Assembly (NCBI GenBank): GCA_964391975.1 | Contig: CAYMNZ010000001.1 | Location: 198,978 to 262,977 of the forward strand | Direction of reading: 5' to 3' | Length of the DNA: 64,000 nucleotides | DNA from: an uncultured Candidatus Saccharibacteria bacterium | GTDB lineage: Bacteria > Patescibacteriota > Minisyncoccia > Phycocordibacterales > Phycocordibacteraceae | Part shown: positions 44,601 through 54,647 of the stretch, in pieces | How positions within the stretch are numbered: position 1 is the first letter of the stretch | How the letters are laid out: each line of letters opens with the position of its first letter | Position numbers and translations under genes: made by a program | The notes under the pieces: generated by a model | Database searches by the model: none | What the model was told of the DNA's origin: nothing | What the model saw: the letters and a program-made list of their open reading frames with translations, nothing else

Positions 44601-45644
44601 ATGAAGCTCTATTTAGAGAACGGTTCGAGCTTCGAGGGAGAGAGTTTCGGCGCTAACGTCGCAGTCTCTGGAGAAGTGGTCTTCAACACCGGTATGGTGG
44701 GCTATGTGGAGACACTTTCCGACCCTTCGTACTCCGGTCAGATAGTTGTGCTCACCTATCCGCTCGTTGGCAACTATGGTGTGCCGAGCGAGAAGCAGTT
44801 TGAGAGCGAGAAGATTCACGCAGCAGGACTTGTGGTCTCTGAGTACTGCGACGAGTACTCTCACCATGAGGCAAAGGAGTCACTCAAGGAGTGGTTGAAG
44901 CGCTCAGGCGTCCCAGCAATCACTGGTGTGGACACCCGCGCCATCACCAAGGTGCTGCGCGAGAAGGGCGTGATGCTCGGACAGCTTGGTGGCACCAAGA
45001 AAGGGAAGTTTGTTGACTCCAACAAGGTGAATCAGGTTGCCATTGTGAGCCCCAAGAAGAAGAAAGAGTATGGAAATGGTCCGATGCGCATCGTGCTCGT
45101 TGATTGCGGCGCAAAGGAAAACATCATGCGTTCCATCTTGACTCCCGACACGACCGTCATTCGCGTGCCGTGGGATTACGATTTCACACAGGAGAAATAC
45201 GACGGCATTGTGCTCAGCAACGGTCCTGGCGACCCGGTAGAGTGCACCGCCACCGTCGAAAACGTACAGAAGGCACTCAAGGGAGATAAACCGATTCTCG
45301 GCATTTGCCTTGGCATCCAAATGCTCGCACTTGCTGCAGGAGGAAAGACCTACAAGCTCAAGTACGGACACCGCGCACAGAATCAGCCGTGTGTGGCAGG
45401 TAAGCGCTGCTACATCACGAGTCAGAATCACGGCTACGCAGTGGATGCCAAGTCACTCCCTAAAGAATGGAAGATTTGGTTCACCAACGCTAACGATGGC
45501 AGTGTTGAGGGTATCTATCACACCAAGAAGCCATTTCGCGCGGTGCAGTTCCACCCAGAAGCATGTCCGGGACCAACCGACACGAACTGGCTCTTCGATG
45601 ACTTCCTCAAGGAGGTGAAGAAAAGTAAGAAAAAGCTCGTATGA
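44601..45644 (+). CDS. carA: carbamoyl-phosphate synthase small (glutaminase) subunit
   Basis: N-terminal CPSase small domain plus class I glutamine amidotransferase (GICLGIQ..., HPE). Confidence 0.95.
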   Translation: MKLYLENGSSFEGESFGANVAVSGEVVFNTGMVGYVETLSDPSYSGQIVVLTYPLVGNYGVPSEKQFESEKIHAAGLVVSEYCDEYSHHEAKESLKEWLKRSGVPAITGVDTRAITKVLREKGVMLGQLGGTKKGKFVDSNKVNQVAIVSPKKKKEYGNGPMRIVLVDCGAKENIMRSILTPDTTVIRVPWDYDFTQEKYDGIVLSNGPGDPVECTATVENVQKALKGDKPILGICLGIQMLALAAGGKTYKLKYGHRAQNQPCVAGKRCYITSQNHGYAVDAKSLPKEWKIWFTNANDGSVEGIYHTKKPFRAVQFHPEACPGPTDTNWLFDDFLKEVKKSKKKLV

Positions 45645-48600
45645 AGCCAAAGAAAGTACTCATCCTAGGTTCTGGAGGACTCCGCATAGGTCAGGCGGGT
45701 GAGTTTGATTATTCCGGCTCCCAGGCAATTAAGGTGCTTAAAGAAGAGGGAATTCAGTCAGTACTGATTAACCCAAACATTGCGACCGTGCAGACGGATA
45801 AGGGACTCGCAGATCGCGTGTACTTCCTCCCGCTCACTGAGCATTTCGCAACGGAGGTCATCAAGAAGGAGCGCCCTGATGCCATCTTCCTTTCCTTTGG
45901 CGGACAGACGGCACTGAACCTCGGTCTCGCGCTTGAGAAGAGTGGCGTGCTTAAGAAGTATGGCGTGCGCGTGCTCGGTACCCCGGTCTCCACTATTCGC
46001 GACACCGAGGACCGTGAGCTTTTCGTAAAGAGGTTGAACCAGATACAGGTGAAGACTGCTAGGAGCAAGGCAACGGCAAATGTTGCGGAAGCGAGGAAGG
46101 CCGCAACGATGATTGGCTACCCCGTCATGGTGCGTTCAGGCTTTGCGCTTGGGGGTGAAGGCTCAGGACTGGTGCGCGATGAGAAGGAACTTGTCGACAA
46201 GCTTACCGACGTCTTCCACACCAATAAGCAGGTATTGATTGAAGAGTATCTTCTTGGATGGAAGGAAGTGGAGTACGAAGTTGTGCGCGATAAGGACGAC
46301 AACTGCATCACGGTCTGCAACATGGAGAACCTCGACCCGATGGGTGTGCACACGGGTGAATCCATTGTCGTTGCTCCATCGCAGACGCTCACCAACGACG
46401 AGTACCACATGCTCCGCGAGGTGGCGATTAAGACTATCCGACACCTGGGCATCGTGGGTGAGTGCAATATTCAGTACGCGCTTCACCCAAAGACTGGCGA
46501 CTATCGCGTGATTGAAGTGAATGCCCGACTTTCCCGCTCTTCTGCGCTTGCCTCTAAGGCCACTGGCTACCCTCTTGCTTTCGTTGCGGCAAAGCTTGCG
46601 CTCGGGCACGTGCTCCCAGAACTCAAGAACTCAGTGACGGGTACGACCACTGCCTGCTTCGAGCCGGCACTCGATTACATCGTCATCAAGATGCCGCGCT
46701 GGGACCTCGATAAATTCGGTAACGCAGCACCGCGTATTGGTACGGAGATGAAGAGTGTGGGCGAGGTCATGGCTATTGGGCGGTCCTTTGAAGAAGTGCT
46801 TCAAAAGGGTATTCGCATGCTTAACATCGGAGCAGACGGCTTTACCGCGCAGCGAAGTAAGCGCTACAAGTTTGATGACTACCTGAAGGAGATTAAGGAG
46901 CCAACCACCCGTCGCATCTTTGCAATTGCAGAGGCACTCCGGAAGGGCGTTTCGGTTGAAAAGATTCACCAGCTTTCAAATATTGATCTCTGGTTCTTGA
47001 AGAAACTTGAGCACATTGTTGAGCTTGAGAAGAAGATTAAGCGCAAACCACTCACCAAGGACCTTCTTGTTGAAGCTAAGAAGAACGGCTTCTCCGACAT
47101 TCAGCTTGCAACCATTAAAGGTAAGACTGAGGAAGCAGTTCGTACACTTCGCCGTCGTTTGAAGGTGTTCCCGGTTATCAAGCAAATCGACACACTCGCA
47201 GGCGAAGTGCCAGCCAAGACCAACTATCTGTACCTCACCTATCACGGTACTGAGGACGATGTGAAGCCGGGCAAGAAGAGCGTCATGGTGCTCGGCTCTG
47301 GTTCCTACTCCATCGGCTCTTCCGTTGAGTTCGATTGGTCGAGCGTTGAAGCACTCAAGACACTGAAGGCGAAGGGGTATGAGACCATCATGGTCAACTA
47401 CAACCCGGAGACCGTGTCGACTGACTACGACATGAGTGACCGTCTCTACTTTGATGAACTTTCCCTTGAGCGCGTGCTCGACATCGTTGGCTTTGAAAAG
47501 CCGAAGGGAACGGTAGTTTCAACTGGAGGCCAGATTCCAAACAACCTTGCGCTCAAGCTCTTTGAGAACGGCGTGAAGGTGCTGGGGACCAGCCCAAAGA
47601 ACATCAACCGCGCGGAAGACCGTCACGTCTTCTCAGCGCTTCTCGACCGTCTTGGTGTTGACCAGCCTGAATGGGCAGAACTTTCGACTCCCAAAGAGGC
47701 TGCGCGTATGGCAGCAAAGATGGGCTACCCAGTGCTTATACGCCCCTCCTACGTTCTCTCAGGGGCTGCCATGAGCGTTGCGCTCGACGAGGTCGGACTT
47801 ATCAAGTTCCTTGAGAAAGCGGTGGGGGTCTCAAGCGATCACCCGATTGTTATCTCGAAGTTCATCGAGAACGCGCGCGAGATTGAAATAGATGGTGTTG
47901 CGCAAAACGGCAAACTCAAGATTTACGCTATTACCGAGCACGTGGAGAACGCAGGCACACACTCAGGAGATGCAACCCTGGTGCTTCCAGCGCAGCGTAC
48001 TTACATCGAGACCATCAGGCGCGCAAAATCTATCACCAAGGGCATCATCAAGGAACTTAATATCACTGGGCCGTTCAACATGCAGTTCCTGGCCAAGGAC
48101 AACAAGTTGCAGGTGATTGAATGCAACGTGCGCGCCTCACGCTCCTTCCCGTTTGTTTCAAAAGTCACCGGCTACAACTTCATCGAGCTCGCCATCCAGG
48201 CAATGCTTGGGCAGGACATCACGGGTGAGTACCGCACGCTTGAGCTCGACTATGTTGCGGTGAAGTCTCCGCAGTTCTCCTATGGTCGTATTAAGGGCGC
48301 CGACCCGCTCTCGTATGTGGAAATGGCCTCGACTGGGGAAGTCGCAGCGTTTGGAGATTCCTACGCTGAGGCACTGCTGAAGTCCATGATGGCCGCAGGC
48401 TTCAAGCTCCCGAAGAAGAATGTGTTGGTCTCCCTTGGTAAGGAAGAGAACAAGATAAAGCTTCTGCCTTCAGTGGAGACGCTGCATCGCATGGGTTTCC
48501 ATATCTACGCTACGGAGCACACCGCAGATTTCCTCAAGCAGAACAACATTCCGTGCGAGCGCGTCTATAAGATTAAGAGTGGTGGAAACCCGAACGTGCT

Positions 48601-48844
48601 TACGCTCCTTGATTCCGGAAAGCTTGATTTGATTATCAACATCGCTGCGCGCGGTCTTGCACGTCCTGAGAACTCGAAGGGCTCACTCTCTGACGGCTTC
48701 ATTATTCGTCGCAAAGCGGTAGATCTCAATATTCCGCTCATCACGAACCGTCAGCTAGCGGAAGGATTCATCAACGCACTCGAGGAAATGAACGGGAAGA
48801 CAATCGAGGCGAAGGCGTGGGACGAGTACACAACGGAGGACTAG
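45641..48844 (+). CDS. carB: carbamoyl-phosphate synthase large subunit
   Basis: 1067 aa. Duplicated ATP-grasp halves (MKPKKVLILGSGGLRIGQAGEFDYSGSQA... and ...VMVLGSGSYSIGSSVEFDW...) and C-terminal MGS-like domain. Confidence 0.95.
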   Translation: MKPKKVLILGSGGLRIGQAGEFDYSGSQAIKVLKEEGIQSVLINPNIATVQTDKGLADRVYFLPLTEHFATEVIKKERPDAIFLSFGGQTALNLGLALEKSGVLKKYGVRVLGTPVSTIRDTEDRELFVKRLNQIQVKTARSKATANVAEARKAATMIGYPVMVRSGFALGGEGSGLVRDEKELVDKLTDVFHTNKQVLIEEYLLGWKEVEYEVVRDKDDNCITVCNMENLDPMGVHTGESIVVAPSQTLTNDEYHMLREVAIKTIRHLGIVGECNIQYALHPKTGDYRVIEVNARLSRSSALASKATGYPLAFVAAKLALGHVLPELKNSVTGTTTACFEPALDYIVIKMPRWDLDKFGNAAPRIGTEMKSVGEVMAIGRSFEEVLQKGIRMLNIGADGFTAQRSKRYKFDDYLKEIKEPTTRRIFAIAEALRKGVSVEKIHQLSNIDLWFLKKLEHIVELEKKIKRKPLTKDLLVEAKKNGFSDIQLATIKGKTEEAVRTLRRRLKVFPVIKQIDTLAGEVPAKTNYLYLTYHGTEDDVKPGKKSVMVLGSGSYSIGSSVEFDWSSVEALKTLKAKGYETIMVNYNPETVSTDYDMSDRLYFDELSLERVLDIVGFEKPKGTVVSTGGQIPNNLALKLFENGVKVLGTSPKNINRAEDRHVFSALLDRLGVDQPEWAELSTPKEAARMAAKMGYPVLIRPSYVLSGAAMSVALDEVGLIKFLEKAVGVSSDHPIVISKFIENAREIEIDGVAQNGKLKIYAITEHVENAGTHSGDATLVLPAQRTYIETIRRAKSITKGIIKELNITGPFNMQFLAKDNKLQVIECNVRASRSFPFVSKVTGYNFIELAIQAMLGQDITGEYRTLELDYVAVKSPQFSYGRIKGADPLSYVEMASTGEVAAFGDSYAEALLKSMMAAGFKLPKKNVLVSLGKEENKIKLLPSVETLHRMGFHIYATEHTADFLKQNNIPCERVYKIKSGGNPNVLTLLDSGKLDLIINIAARGLARPENSKGSLSDGFIIRRKAVDLNIPLITNRQLAEGFINALEEMNGKTIEAKAWDEYTTED

Positions 48845-49098
48845 ACCTTCTGGAAACGGAGTTCCCCGTCATCTCCTGGAAGAAACCATTCTTCAAGCGT
48901 CCGCACGAAAGGGAGGAATTTTCCGTACCGCGCTGTATAGAGGACACAGACTTCACCACCGTAGCGAGAATAAGCATACCCAGTTACCAGGTACTGGTTC
49001 CCGTTTTTGTAATGCTGATAGAGGCCGAGCGGTACGCGCGCTGCAGCCTCCGTCAATAGAGCTTCAAGTTCCTCTTCCGACCGTAGATGTTCACTCAT
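48841..49098 (-). CDS. DUF1653-like small protein
   Basis: ...YQHYKNGNQYLVTGYAYSRYGGEVCVLYTARYGK... Start trimmed to MSEHLR to avoid a 40-nt divergent overlap with the helicase gene. Confidence 0.5.
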   Translation of the reverse strand: MSEHLRSEEELEALLTEAAARVPLGLYQHYKNGNQYLVTGYAYSRYGGEVCVLYTARYGKFLPFVRTLEEWFLPGDDGELRFQKV

Positions 49099-49129
49099 GG
49101 GGAAAGTATAACTGATACAATACCCCTCC

Positions 49130-50788
49130 ATGCTACAGGCAGAAGCCCTTAACATCCTCAAGACCGGCGCCAATGTCTTCCTTACCGGAGAGCCGGGAAG
49201 CGGGAAGACGCATACGGTAAATGCCTATGTGAGCTGGCTGCGCTCGCACGGCATTGAGCCGTCCATTACCGCTTCAACCGGTATTGCGGCTACCCACATC
49301 CGCGGGATGACTATTCATTCATGGAGTGGCATCGGTATCGCGCACCAGCTGACTCCAGAACTCGTCGACCGCGTTGCATCCAAGGAACATGTGGCGCGTA
49401 GGATTCAAAAGACTAGGGTACTTATCATCGACGAGGTCTCCATGCTCTCAGGTGAGGTGCTTGAGATAATTGATGCAGTCGCAAGGGAAGTGCGGCACAG
49501 TCAACTTCCCTTCGGTGGTATGCAAGTGGTGCTCGTGGGGGACTTCTTTCAGCTACCCCCAGTATCCAACTCTAGGGAAGAAACAACGTTTGCGTTTGAG
49601 TCCTCTGTTTGGGGGAAGCTGAACCCGATTGTCTGCTACCTCTCAGAACAGTTTCGCCAGGACGACCCCGCGTTCCTCACCATTCTTGGCGCCATTCGAG
49701 CAGGAACTCACGACCAGTCGCACATTTCCACTTTGCTTACGCGCGAGAGCGAAGAGGTAACAGAGAACACGCCGATTCTCTTTACCCACAACGAAGATGT
49801 CGACCGCATCAACGACCAGAAACTCGAAGAGCTTCCTGGAAAGGTGAATGTCTACGGTATGAAGGATGAAGGTGCGCCGCCGCTTATCGAGGCACTTAAG
49901 CGCGGCTGTCTGTCGCCAGAAATGCTTGCTCTTAAGGAAGGGGCAGTGGTGATGGCAACCAAGAACAACCCGGCCGGAGGATATGTGAACGGTACGCTCG
50001 GCATCGTTGCAGGCTTTGAGCGGGGAACTAACTACCCTATCGTCGAGACACGTGACGGGACTGACATCATCTTCCAGCCAATGGAATGGGCAGTGGAGGA
50101 GGGCGGAAAGGTGCGGGCTAAGATTACCCAGATTCCCCTTCGGCTTGCCTGGGCCATAACGGTGCATAAGAGTCAGGGCATGAGCATGGACGCAGCGGCT
50201 ATCGACCTCTCACGGGCTTTTGAGTATGGGCAGGGGTACGTGGCGCTTTCCCGCGTCCGGTGTCTCGAGGGCATATGTCTCCTAGGCTGGAGCGAGAACG
50301 CACTTGTGATGCACCCTAAGGTAACGAAGAAGGACGGGGAATTTAGAGAATCGTCTGAAGATGCACGGCTCGCTTTCGATCTTCTTGAGCAAGAGGGGGA
50401 ACGTGCGAAGCTCGAGAAGAATTTCATACTTGCCTCCGGAGGGGTACTCGAGGCAGGTAATGCTCCTGTTCCAGCTATAAGAGTCTCAACGTATGACGCA
50501 ACGCTCGCGCTTCTTAAGGAGGGGAAGATGGTAGGACTTATCGCAAAAGAGCGCGGACTTACCTCGGCAACCGTTGCGGACCACGTCGAGAAATTGGTCG
50601 CTTCCGGTCGCATTGATATTGGTGAGGCACGTAAAGCCATTCCCGAGCGACTTTTGAATGCGCTTCCTGAGATTGAAGCGATGTTCGCAAAGATTGGGCG
50701 TGACAGGCTTGCACCAGTGCACGCACGACTCAAAGGTAAGTACAGTTACGATGATTTAAAGCTTGCGCGTGCGGTGATTGCCGACTAG
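49130..50788 (+). CDS. pif1: Pif1-family ATP-dependent DNA helicase
   Basis: Walker A FLTGEPGSGKTH. Pif1 signature ...VLVGDFFQLPPV... Helicase motifs through C-terminal domain. Confidence 0.8.
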   Translation: MLQAEALNILKTGANVFLTGEPGSGKTHTVNAYVSWLRSHGIEPSITASTGIAATHIRGMTIHSWSGIGIAHQLTPELVDRVASKEHVARRIQKTRVLIIDEVSMLSGEVLEIIDAVAREVRHSQLPFGGMQVVLVGDFFQLPPVSNSREETTFAFESSVWGKLNPIVCYLSEQFRQDDPAFLTILGAIRAGTHDQSHISTLLTRESEEVTENTPILFTHNEDVDRINDQKLEELPGKVNVYGMKDEGAPPLIEALKRGCLSPEMLALKEGAVVMATKNNPAGGYVNGTLGIVAGFERGTNYPIVETRDGTDIIFQPMEWAVEEGGKVRAKITQIPLRLAWAITVHKSQGMSMDAAAIDLSRAFEYGQGYVALSRVRCLEGICLLGWSENALVMHPKVTKKDGEFRESSEDARLAFDLLEQEGERAKLEKNFILASGGVLEAGNAPVPAIRVSTYDATLALLKEGKMVGLIAKERGLTSATVADHVEKLVASGRIDIGEARKAIPERLLNALPEIEAMFAKIGRDRLAPVHARLKGKYSYDDLKLARAVIAD

Positions 50789-50798
50789 GCTTCAGTAT

Positions 50799-51299
50799 AT
50801 GAAGCGCACTGCGGGTTCCTCCATTTACATGCGCAATGTTATCTTCGGCATCGAAGATAGCCTTGCTGCCACCGTTGGTCTTCTTGCTGGCCTTGCTGCT
50901 GAGGCGGTGCCACTCACAACGATTATCCTCACAGGCTTTGTCTACATCTTTGTGGAAGCGTTCTCGATGGGGGTAGGCAGCTTCCTCTCTGAAGAATCTG
51001 CTGAAGACTACGAAGGCACAAAGAAGGAGGGCTTGAGAACCTTTTATGCAGCAATTGCGATGTTCTTCGCGTGCATTGTGGGAGGATTTGTTCCTCTGCT
51101 GCCGTACTTGGTCACCGAAGGAGTCACTGCTATCTACGCCTCGATTGCGCTTTCGGTCACTTTCCTTGGCGTTATGGGCTTTGCACAGGCCAAGATATCT
51201 CACAAGAAAGTGTGGCCGCGTGTACTGCGTATGGTGCTTCTGGGCGGCACTGCCATTGCAGTGGGTATCATCGTAGGACAGGTGGTGGGGGCGGCGTGA
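50799..51299 (+). CDS. VIT1/CCC1-family (DUF125) membrane protein, putative iron/manganese transporter
   Basis: IFGIEDSLAATVGLLAGLA... followed by multiple TM helices. No N-terminal ferritin-like domain. Confidence 0.6.
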   Translation: MKRTAGSSIYMRNVIFGIEDSLAATVGLLAGLAAEAVPLTTIILTGFVYIFVEAFSMGVGSFLSEESAEDYEGTKKEGLRTFYAAIAMFFACIVGGFVPLLPYLVTEGVTAIYASIALSVTFLGVMGFAQAKISHKKVWPRVLRMVLLGGTAIAVGIIVGQVVGAA

Positions 51300-51313
51300 T
51301 AGAATAGGGGCTA

Positions 51314-52348
51314 ATGGCTTTGAAGCGGCTTCCGGGACTTATTGACGTCCACGTGCATTTGCGCGAACCTGGCGCGACTCAAAAAGAGGATTTCTATACT
51401 GGCAGCCGCGCGGCGGTCAAAGGCGGCATCACCTTCATGGTGGATATGCCAAACAACCCAACCCCAACAATTTCTATTGAACGGCTGGATGAGAAGGTGG
51501 CGCTTTCCAAGAAGGCGCTTTGCGATATTGGGTTTCATTTCGGTACCAACGGCAAGAACCTTGAGGAGCTTTCAGCGGCCGCAGCGCGCTCTGAGGTTTT
51601 TGGTCTTAAGATTTACTGCAACCACACCACCGGCGAGATGTTGATTGAAGACCCCGAACTCCTTGAAGGAGTGTTTGGTGCCTGGCCAGTGGGTAAGCCC
51701 ATTCTCGTACACGCTGAAGGCGAGCAGCTTGCGATGGCGATTCGACTTGCAAAGAAGCATGGGCAGCGCCTGCATGTCTGCCACATCACACAGGCCTCAG
51801 AAGTTGAGATGGTACGTGTAGCCAAGTCTGAGGGACTCTCTATATCTGCAGGAGTGTGCCCGCACCACCTCTACATGACGGGAGAAGCACGTGAGCGACT
51901 GAAGGGTCTCGCTATCATGAAGCCACCGCTCGGCACACCAGAAGACCAGGCTGCGCTGTGGGGGGGACTTGTTGATGGGACCATCGACATGGTGGAGACT
52001 GATCACGCTCCACACACTCGTGAAGAGAAGGAAAAAGCAGAACCTGCCTTTGGTGTTACAGGACTTGAGACCTCGCTTTCACTTATGTGGAAGGCAGTAC
52101 AAGACGGAAAGATTACCGAGGAGCGTCTTGTTGAAGTCATGCATTCCGCTGCGAAAAAGGTGTTCAACATTCCTGAGCAGCCTGATACCTACATTGAGGT
52201 CGACACCGATGCCCTGTGGGTAGTTGGAGCGGGCGGTTACGAAACAAAGGCTAATTCTTCACCGTTTGAGGGAATGGAGCTTCCGGGTGTGGTGAAGACG
52301 GTTGTGATTCGGGGGAAGAAAATTGTTGAAGGTGGTACCATATTGTAA
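51314..52348 (+). CDS. pyrC: dihydroorotase (amidohydrolase superfamily)
   Basis: LIDVHVHLREPG... metal-binding His pair. Position in the pyr cluster. Confidence 0.8.
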   Translation: MALKRLPGLIDVHVHLREPGATQKEDFYTGSRAAVKGGITFMVDMPNNPTPTISIERLDEKVALSKKALCDIGFHFGTNGKNLEELSAAAARSEVFGLKIYCNHTTGEMLIEDPELLEGVFGAWPVGKPILVHAEGEQLAMAIRLAKKHGQRLHVCHITQASEVEMVRVAKSEGLSISAGVCPHHLYMTGEARERLKGLAIMKPPLGTPEDQAALWGGLVDGTIDMVETDHAPHTREEKEKAEPAFGVTGLETSLSLMWKAVQDGKITEERLVEVMHSAAKKVFNIPEQPDTYIEVDTDALWVVGAGGYETKANSSPFEGMELPGVVKTVVIRGKKIVEGGTIL

Positions 52349-52350
52349 CT

Positions 52351-53424
52351 ATGCTTCGTACGCCGTTTTTCGACCCAAATAAGAGCTACTACGAGAACTG
52401 GGAGCAGGGGCCGTTTGGTGATTTTGCTAATGGTGAAGTAGTACCGGAGGGACCTGTGCGCTTTGATTTTCTTGGGGAGAAAATTTCCTATCCAATTGGT
52501 ATTCCTGCCGGCCCGCTCCTGAACGGCCGTTTCGTTGACGCTGCGCTCGATAAGGGATGGACCGTTCCAGTGCACAAGACGGTGCGTAGCAAGACGCATC
52601 CTTGCAATGACTGGCCGAACGTTCTGGCGCTTAAGGATTTCCCAGGAGAACTTTCCATTGAACGTGCACAAGAACCATTGGTTGTGGTGAATAATTATTC
52701 TGAACCTCTTTCAATTACGAACTCGTTCGGAAACCCTTCTTATGAGCCTGAGGTATGGCAGCAGGATCTCAAGAACTCCCTGAAGCATGCGAAAGAAGGA
52801 CAACTCGTCATGTGTTCGTTTGAAGGAACAAAACGCGAAGGAATGTCTTCTGAAGACTACATACAGGAATGGGCCGAAGGTATGAAGATGGTCGCAGACA
52901 CCGGCGTAAAGATAGTTGAAGCGAACTTTAGCTGCCCGAACGAAGGAGCTGCGTCGCTCCTATGTTTTGACGTTCCGAAAGTAAAAACTGTGGTGACAGC
53001 TATAAAAGAGAAGATAGGAAATACTAAGCTCATCATCAAGATTGCCTTCTTTGAGGAAGCTGCACTCCGCGAACTCGTTACCGAAGTAGGAAACATAGTC
53101 GACGGCTTCTCAGCCATTAACACTATTGCAGCACCAGTCGTGAACGAAGATGGTTCTCAAGCTCTTCCGGGAGCTCACCGCGTAAAGAGCGGTATTTGTG
53201 GACATGCTATCAAGTGGGCAGGAATCGACATGGTGAAGCGTCTTGCAGGCTTAAGAAAGGAGCTTGGCATGACCTTCGGCATCATAGGTTGCGGAGGCGT
53301 TACGGTTCCGTCGGATTATAAGGAGTTTCGTGATGCGGGTGCTGATATCGTCATGAGCGCTACCGGTGCCATGTGGAATCCCTATCTCGCCAAGGAGATA
53401 AAGGACGCGTATCCTGACGGATGA
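52351..53424 (+). CDS. pyrD: dihydroorotate dehydrogenase (class 1-like)
   Basis: ...YPIGIPAGPLLNG...VHKTV...NFSCPNEG (class 1A-type catalytic Cys context) ...IIGCGGV... Divergent. Confidence 0.7.
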   Translation: MLRTPFFDPNKSYYENWEQGPFGDFANGEVVPEGPVRFDFLGEKISYPIGIPAGPLLNGRFVDAALDKGWTVPVHKTVRSKTHPCNDWPNVLALKDFPGELSIERAQEPLVVVNNYSEPLSITNSFGNPSYEPEVWQQDLKNSLKHAKEGQLVMCSFEGTKREGMSSEDYIQEWAEGMKMVADTGVKIVEANFSCPNEGAASLLCFDVPKVKTVVTAIKEKIGNTKLIIKIAFFEEAALRELVTEVGNIVDGFSAINTIAAPVVNEDGSQALPGAHRVKSGICGHAIKWAGIDMVKRLAGLRKELGMTFGIIGCGGVTVPSDYKEFRDAGADIVMSATGAMWNPYLAKEIKDAYPDG

Positions 53425-53425
53425 T

Positions 53426-54067
53426 ATGGACCAGGAAGTACTAAGCATCCTCAAGCGAGTGGGGTCGGTGATTACCGATAGCCACTTTGTCGGCACCTCC
53501 GGTCGACACATGAGTGTGTACGTGAACAAGGACGCGCTTTTCCCACATACGGCAGAGACCTCGCGCGTTTGCGAGCTTTTTGCAGAAAAGAACAAAGATC
53601 TTCCAATAGATATTGTAGTAGGACCAGCTCTAGGTGGAATCATCCTTTCACAATGGACTGCTTCGCACCTATCGAGGATTACCGGACGAGAAATTCTGTC
53701 GGTTTACACCGAGAAGGTTCCTAAGGGCGATGGTGAAGACCAGGTGTTCCGTCGCAGCTATGACCAACTCGTTAAGGGGAAGAACGTGCTTGTGATTGAG
53801 GACACGACGGCAACCGGAGGATCGGCAATAAAGGTGGTGAACACCGTTCGAGGGGTTGAGGGGAATGTCGTGCAGGTGTGCGTGATGGTTAACCGTGACT
53901 CGAACACAATCAATTCTGAATCAATCGGAGCACCTTTCAGTTGGCTTGCCGAACTTCCTGCGGAATCCTGGGCCGAGGAAGAGTGCCCGCTGTGTGCGTC
54001 AGGTGTTCCGGTCAATACCTCGGTTGGGCACGGAAAGAAGTTCCTCGCGAAGAAAGGTCTTGCATGA
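53426..54067 (+). CDS. pyrE: orotate phosphoribosyltransferase
   Basis: Type I PRTase PRPP motif VLVIEDTTATGGSAIK. Context between pyrD and pyrF. Confidence 0.7.
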   Translation: MDQEVLSILKRVGSVITDSHFVGTSGRHMSVYVNKDALFPHTAETSRVCELFAEKNKDLPIDIVVGPALGGIILSQWTASHLSRITGREILSVYTEKVPKGDGEDQVFRRSYDQLVKGKNVLVIEDTTATGGSAIKVVNTVRGVEGNVVQVCVMVNRDSNTINSESIGAPFSWLAELPAESWAEEECPLCASGVPVNTSVGHGKKFLAKKGLA

Positions 54068-54645
54068 AAAAGACTACCTACAAAATAGGAGTATTCGGGT
54101 CAGACGCCGGTACTTCTGTTTTGAAGGCAAACAAAACTGCGAAAGCACTAGGGCGTGCGCTTGGGAATGAGAAAGTGCTTGTTGTCACCGGTGCTTGTTC
54201 AGGACTGCCATATATTGCAGCGCATGAAGCTTGGGCGCTTGGCTCCAAGGTATGGGGATATTCTCCTGAGGTCAGTATTTCGGCACAGCACGCTTTTACG
54301 CCAAAGGATGACCTCAGCATATATACCAAGCTTGTCTTTGTACCTAAAAACTATGTATTTGTGCGTAAAGAACGAGTGCGTAAGAAGTACCGAAACGTAA
54401 CTTCTACGGCTACATGTGACGCCGGCATCATTATCTCAGGCAGATGGGGCAGTCTGAACGAGTTCACTAATCTTTTTGACATGGGTAAGGTCATTGGCGT
54501 CCTCACGAAGACTGGGGGAATGGCAGATGAGATTCCTAAGCTCGCGAAGAAAGTCCACAAACCCGGCAAGGCGGTCGTGGTGTATGATTCATCACCAGTA
54601 AGGCTTGTCCGAAAGGTACTTACAGAACTACGGAAACGATCCTGA
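54064..54645 (+). CDS. LOG/TIGR00725-family Rossmann-fold nucleotide-binding protein
   Basis: Start at MKKTTYKIGVFGSDAG...VVTGACSGLPYIAAHEAWALG... 4-nt overlap with pyrE stop. Family includes cytokinin riboside 5'-monophosphate phosphoribohydrolase (LOG) and PpnN nucleotide nucleosidases. Confidence 0.65.
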   Translation: MKKTTYKIGVFGSDAGTSVLKANKTAKALGRALGNEKVLVVTGACSGLPYIAAHEAWALGSKVWGYSPEVSISAQHAFTPKDDLSIYTKLVFVPKNYVFVRKERVRKKYRNVTSTATCDAGIIISGRWGSLNEFTNLFDMGKVIGVLTKTGGMADEIPKLAKKVHKPGKAVVVYDSSPVRLVRKVLTELRKRS

Positions 54646-54647
54646 CC

